Below are positions 53,129 to 53,227 of a DNA stretch of 53,227 nt, piece by piece (position 1 is the stretch's first letter; each line of letters begins with the position of its first letter). Location: assembly GCA_014161675.1 (NCBI GenBank), contig GCA_014161675.1_4760.2. The stretch is one strand, 5' to 3'. A model generated the notes under the pieces. It worked only from the letters and a program-made list of their open reading frames with translations, did no database searches and had not been told where the DNA came from. Origin of the DNA: a phage. The position numbers and the translations under genes were made by a program.

Positions 53129-53227
53129 TAGAAACCCTTACGTCGTGCTTTCTGGCATTTCTTGATCATTTTATCAGAAATTTCGCGCTTAGGTGCAATC
53201 TCTTTCACACCGAAAGCACTAATGCCA
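53128..53227 (-). CDS. Partial CDS (C-terminal 32 codons; 5' end beyond window)
   Basis: Minus-strand frame ending ...KMIKKCQKARRKGF-stop with TAATG overlap to the next gene; identity not assignable. Confidence 0.3.
   Translation of the reverse strand, partial: GISAFGVKEIAPKREISDKMIKKCQKARRKGF

Noticed and set aside
1-53227. CRISPR arrays, rRNA, tRNA, integrase or transposase genes, group I introns
   Set aside because: No direct-repeat/spacer arrays, cloverleaf-compatible conserved segments or recombinase signatures were seen by eye; the replication genes appear uninterrupted. A tRNA scan by software would be needed to fully exclude tRNAs.

Overview
This window reads as a T4-like (Tevenvirinae-type) myovirus genome segment, identified by my own recall of T4 protein sequences and gene order rather than by any database search. 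Almost all coding is on the minus strand: the early and middle replication, recombination and transcription genes 32, 59, 33, dsbA, rnh, then 52, rIIB, rIIA, 39 (unsplit), dexA, dda, 56, 61, 41, uvsX, 43, regA, 62, 44, 45, 46, 47 and 55. A plus-strand late module encodes the long tail fibre (34, 35, 36, 37) and holin t. Interleaved with this backbone are accessory genes not in the T4 layout: a CYTH/triphosphate-tunnel enzyme between dsbA and rnh, a secreted LprI-like protein in an island of small early genes, an HNH-AP2 endonuclease beside gene 39, a 43-aa helix-turn-helix micro-ORF between rIIA and rIIB, and a 489-aa P-loop NTPase upstream of gene 55. Gene 37 ends in an intramolecular-chaperone domain and no gene 38 is present. 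The canonical positions of beta-gt/42/imm and alpha-gt are empty although the dCTPase gene 56 is present. I also mapped a family of sigma70-type promoters, two TATAAATA late promoters and several rho-independent terminators. No CRISPR array, rRNA or tRNA was seen.
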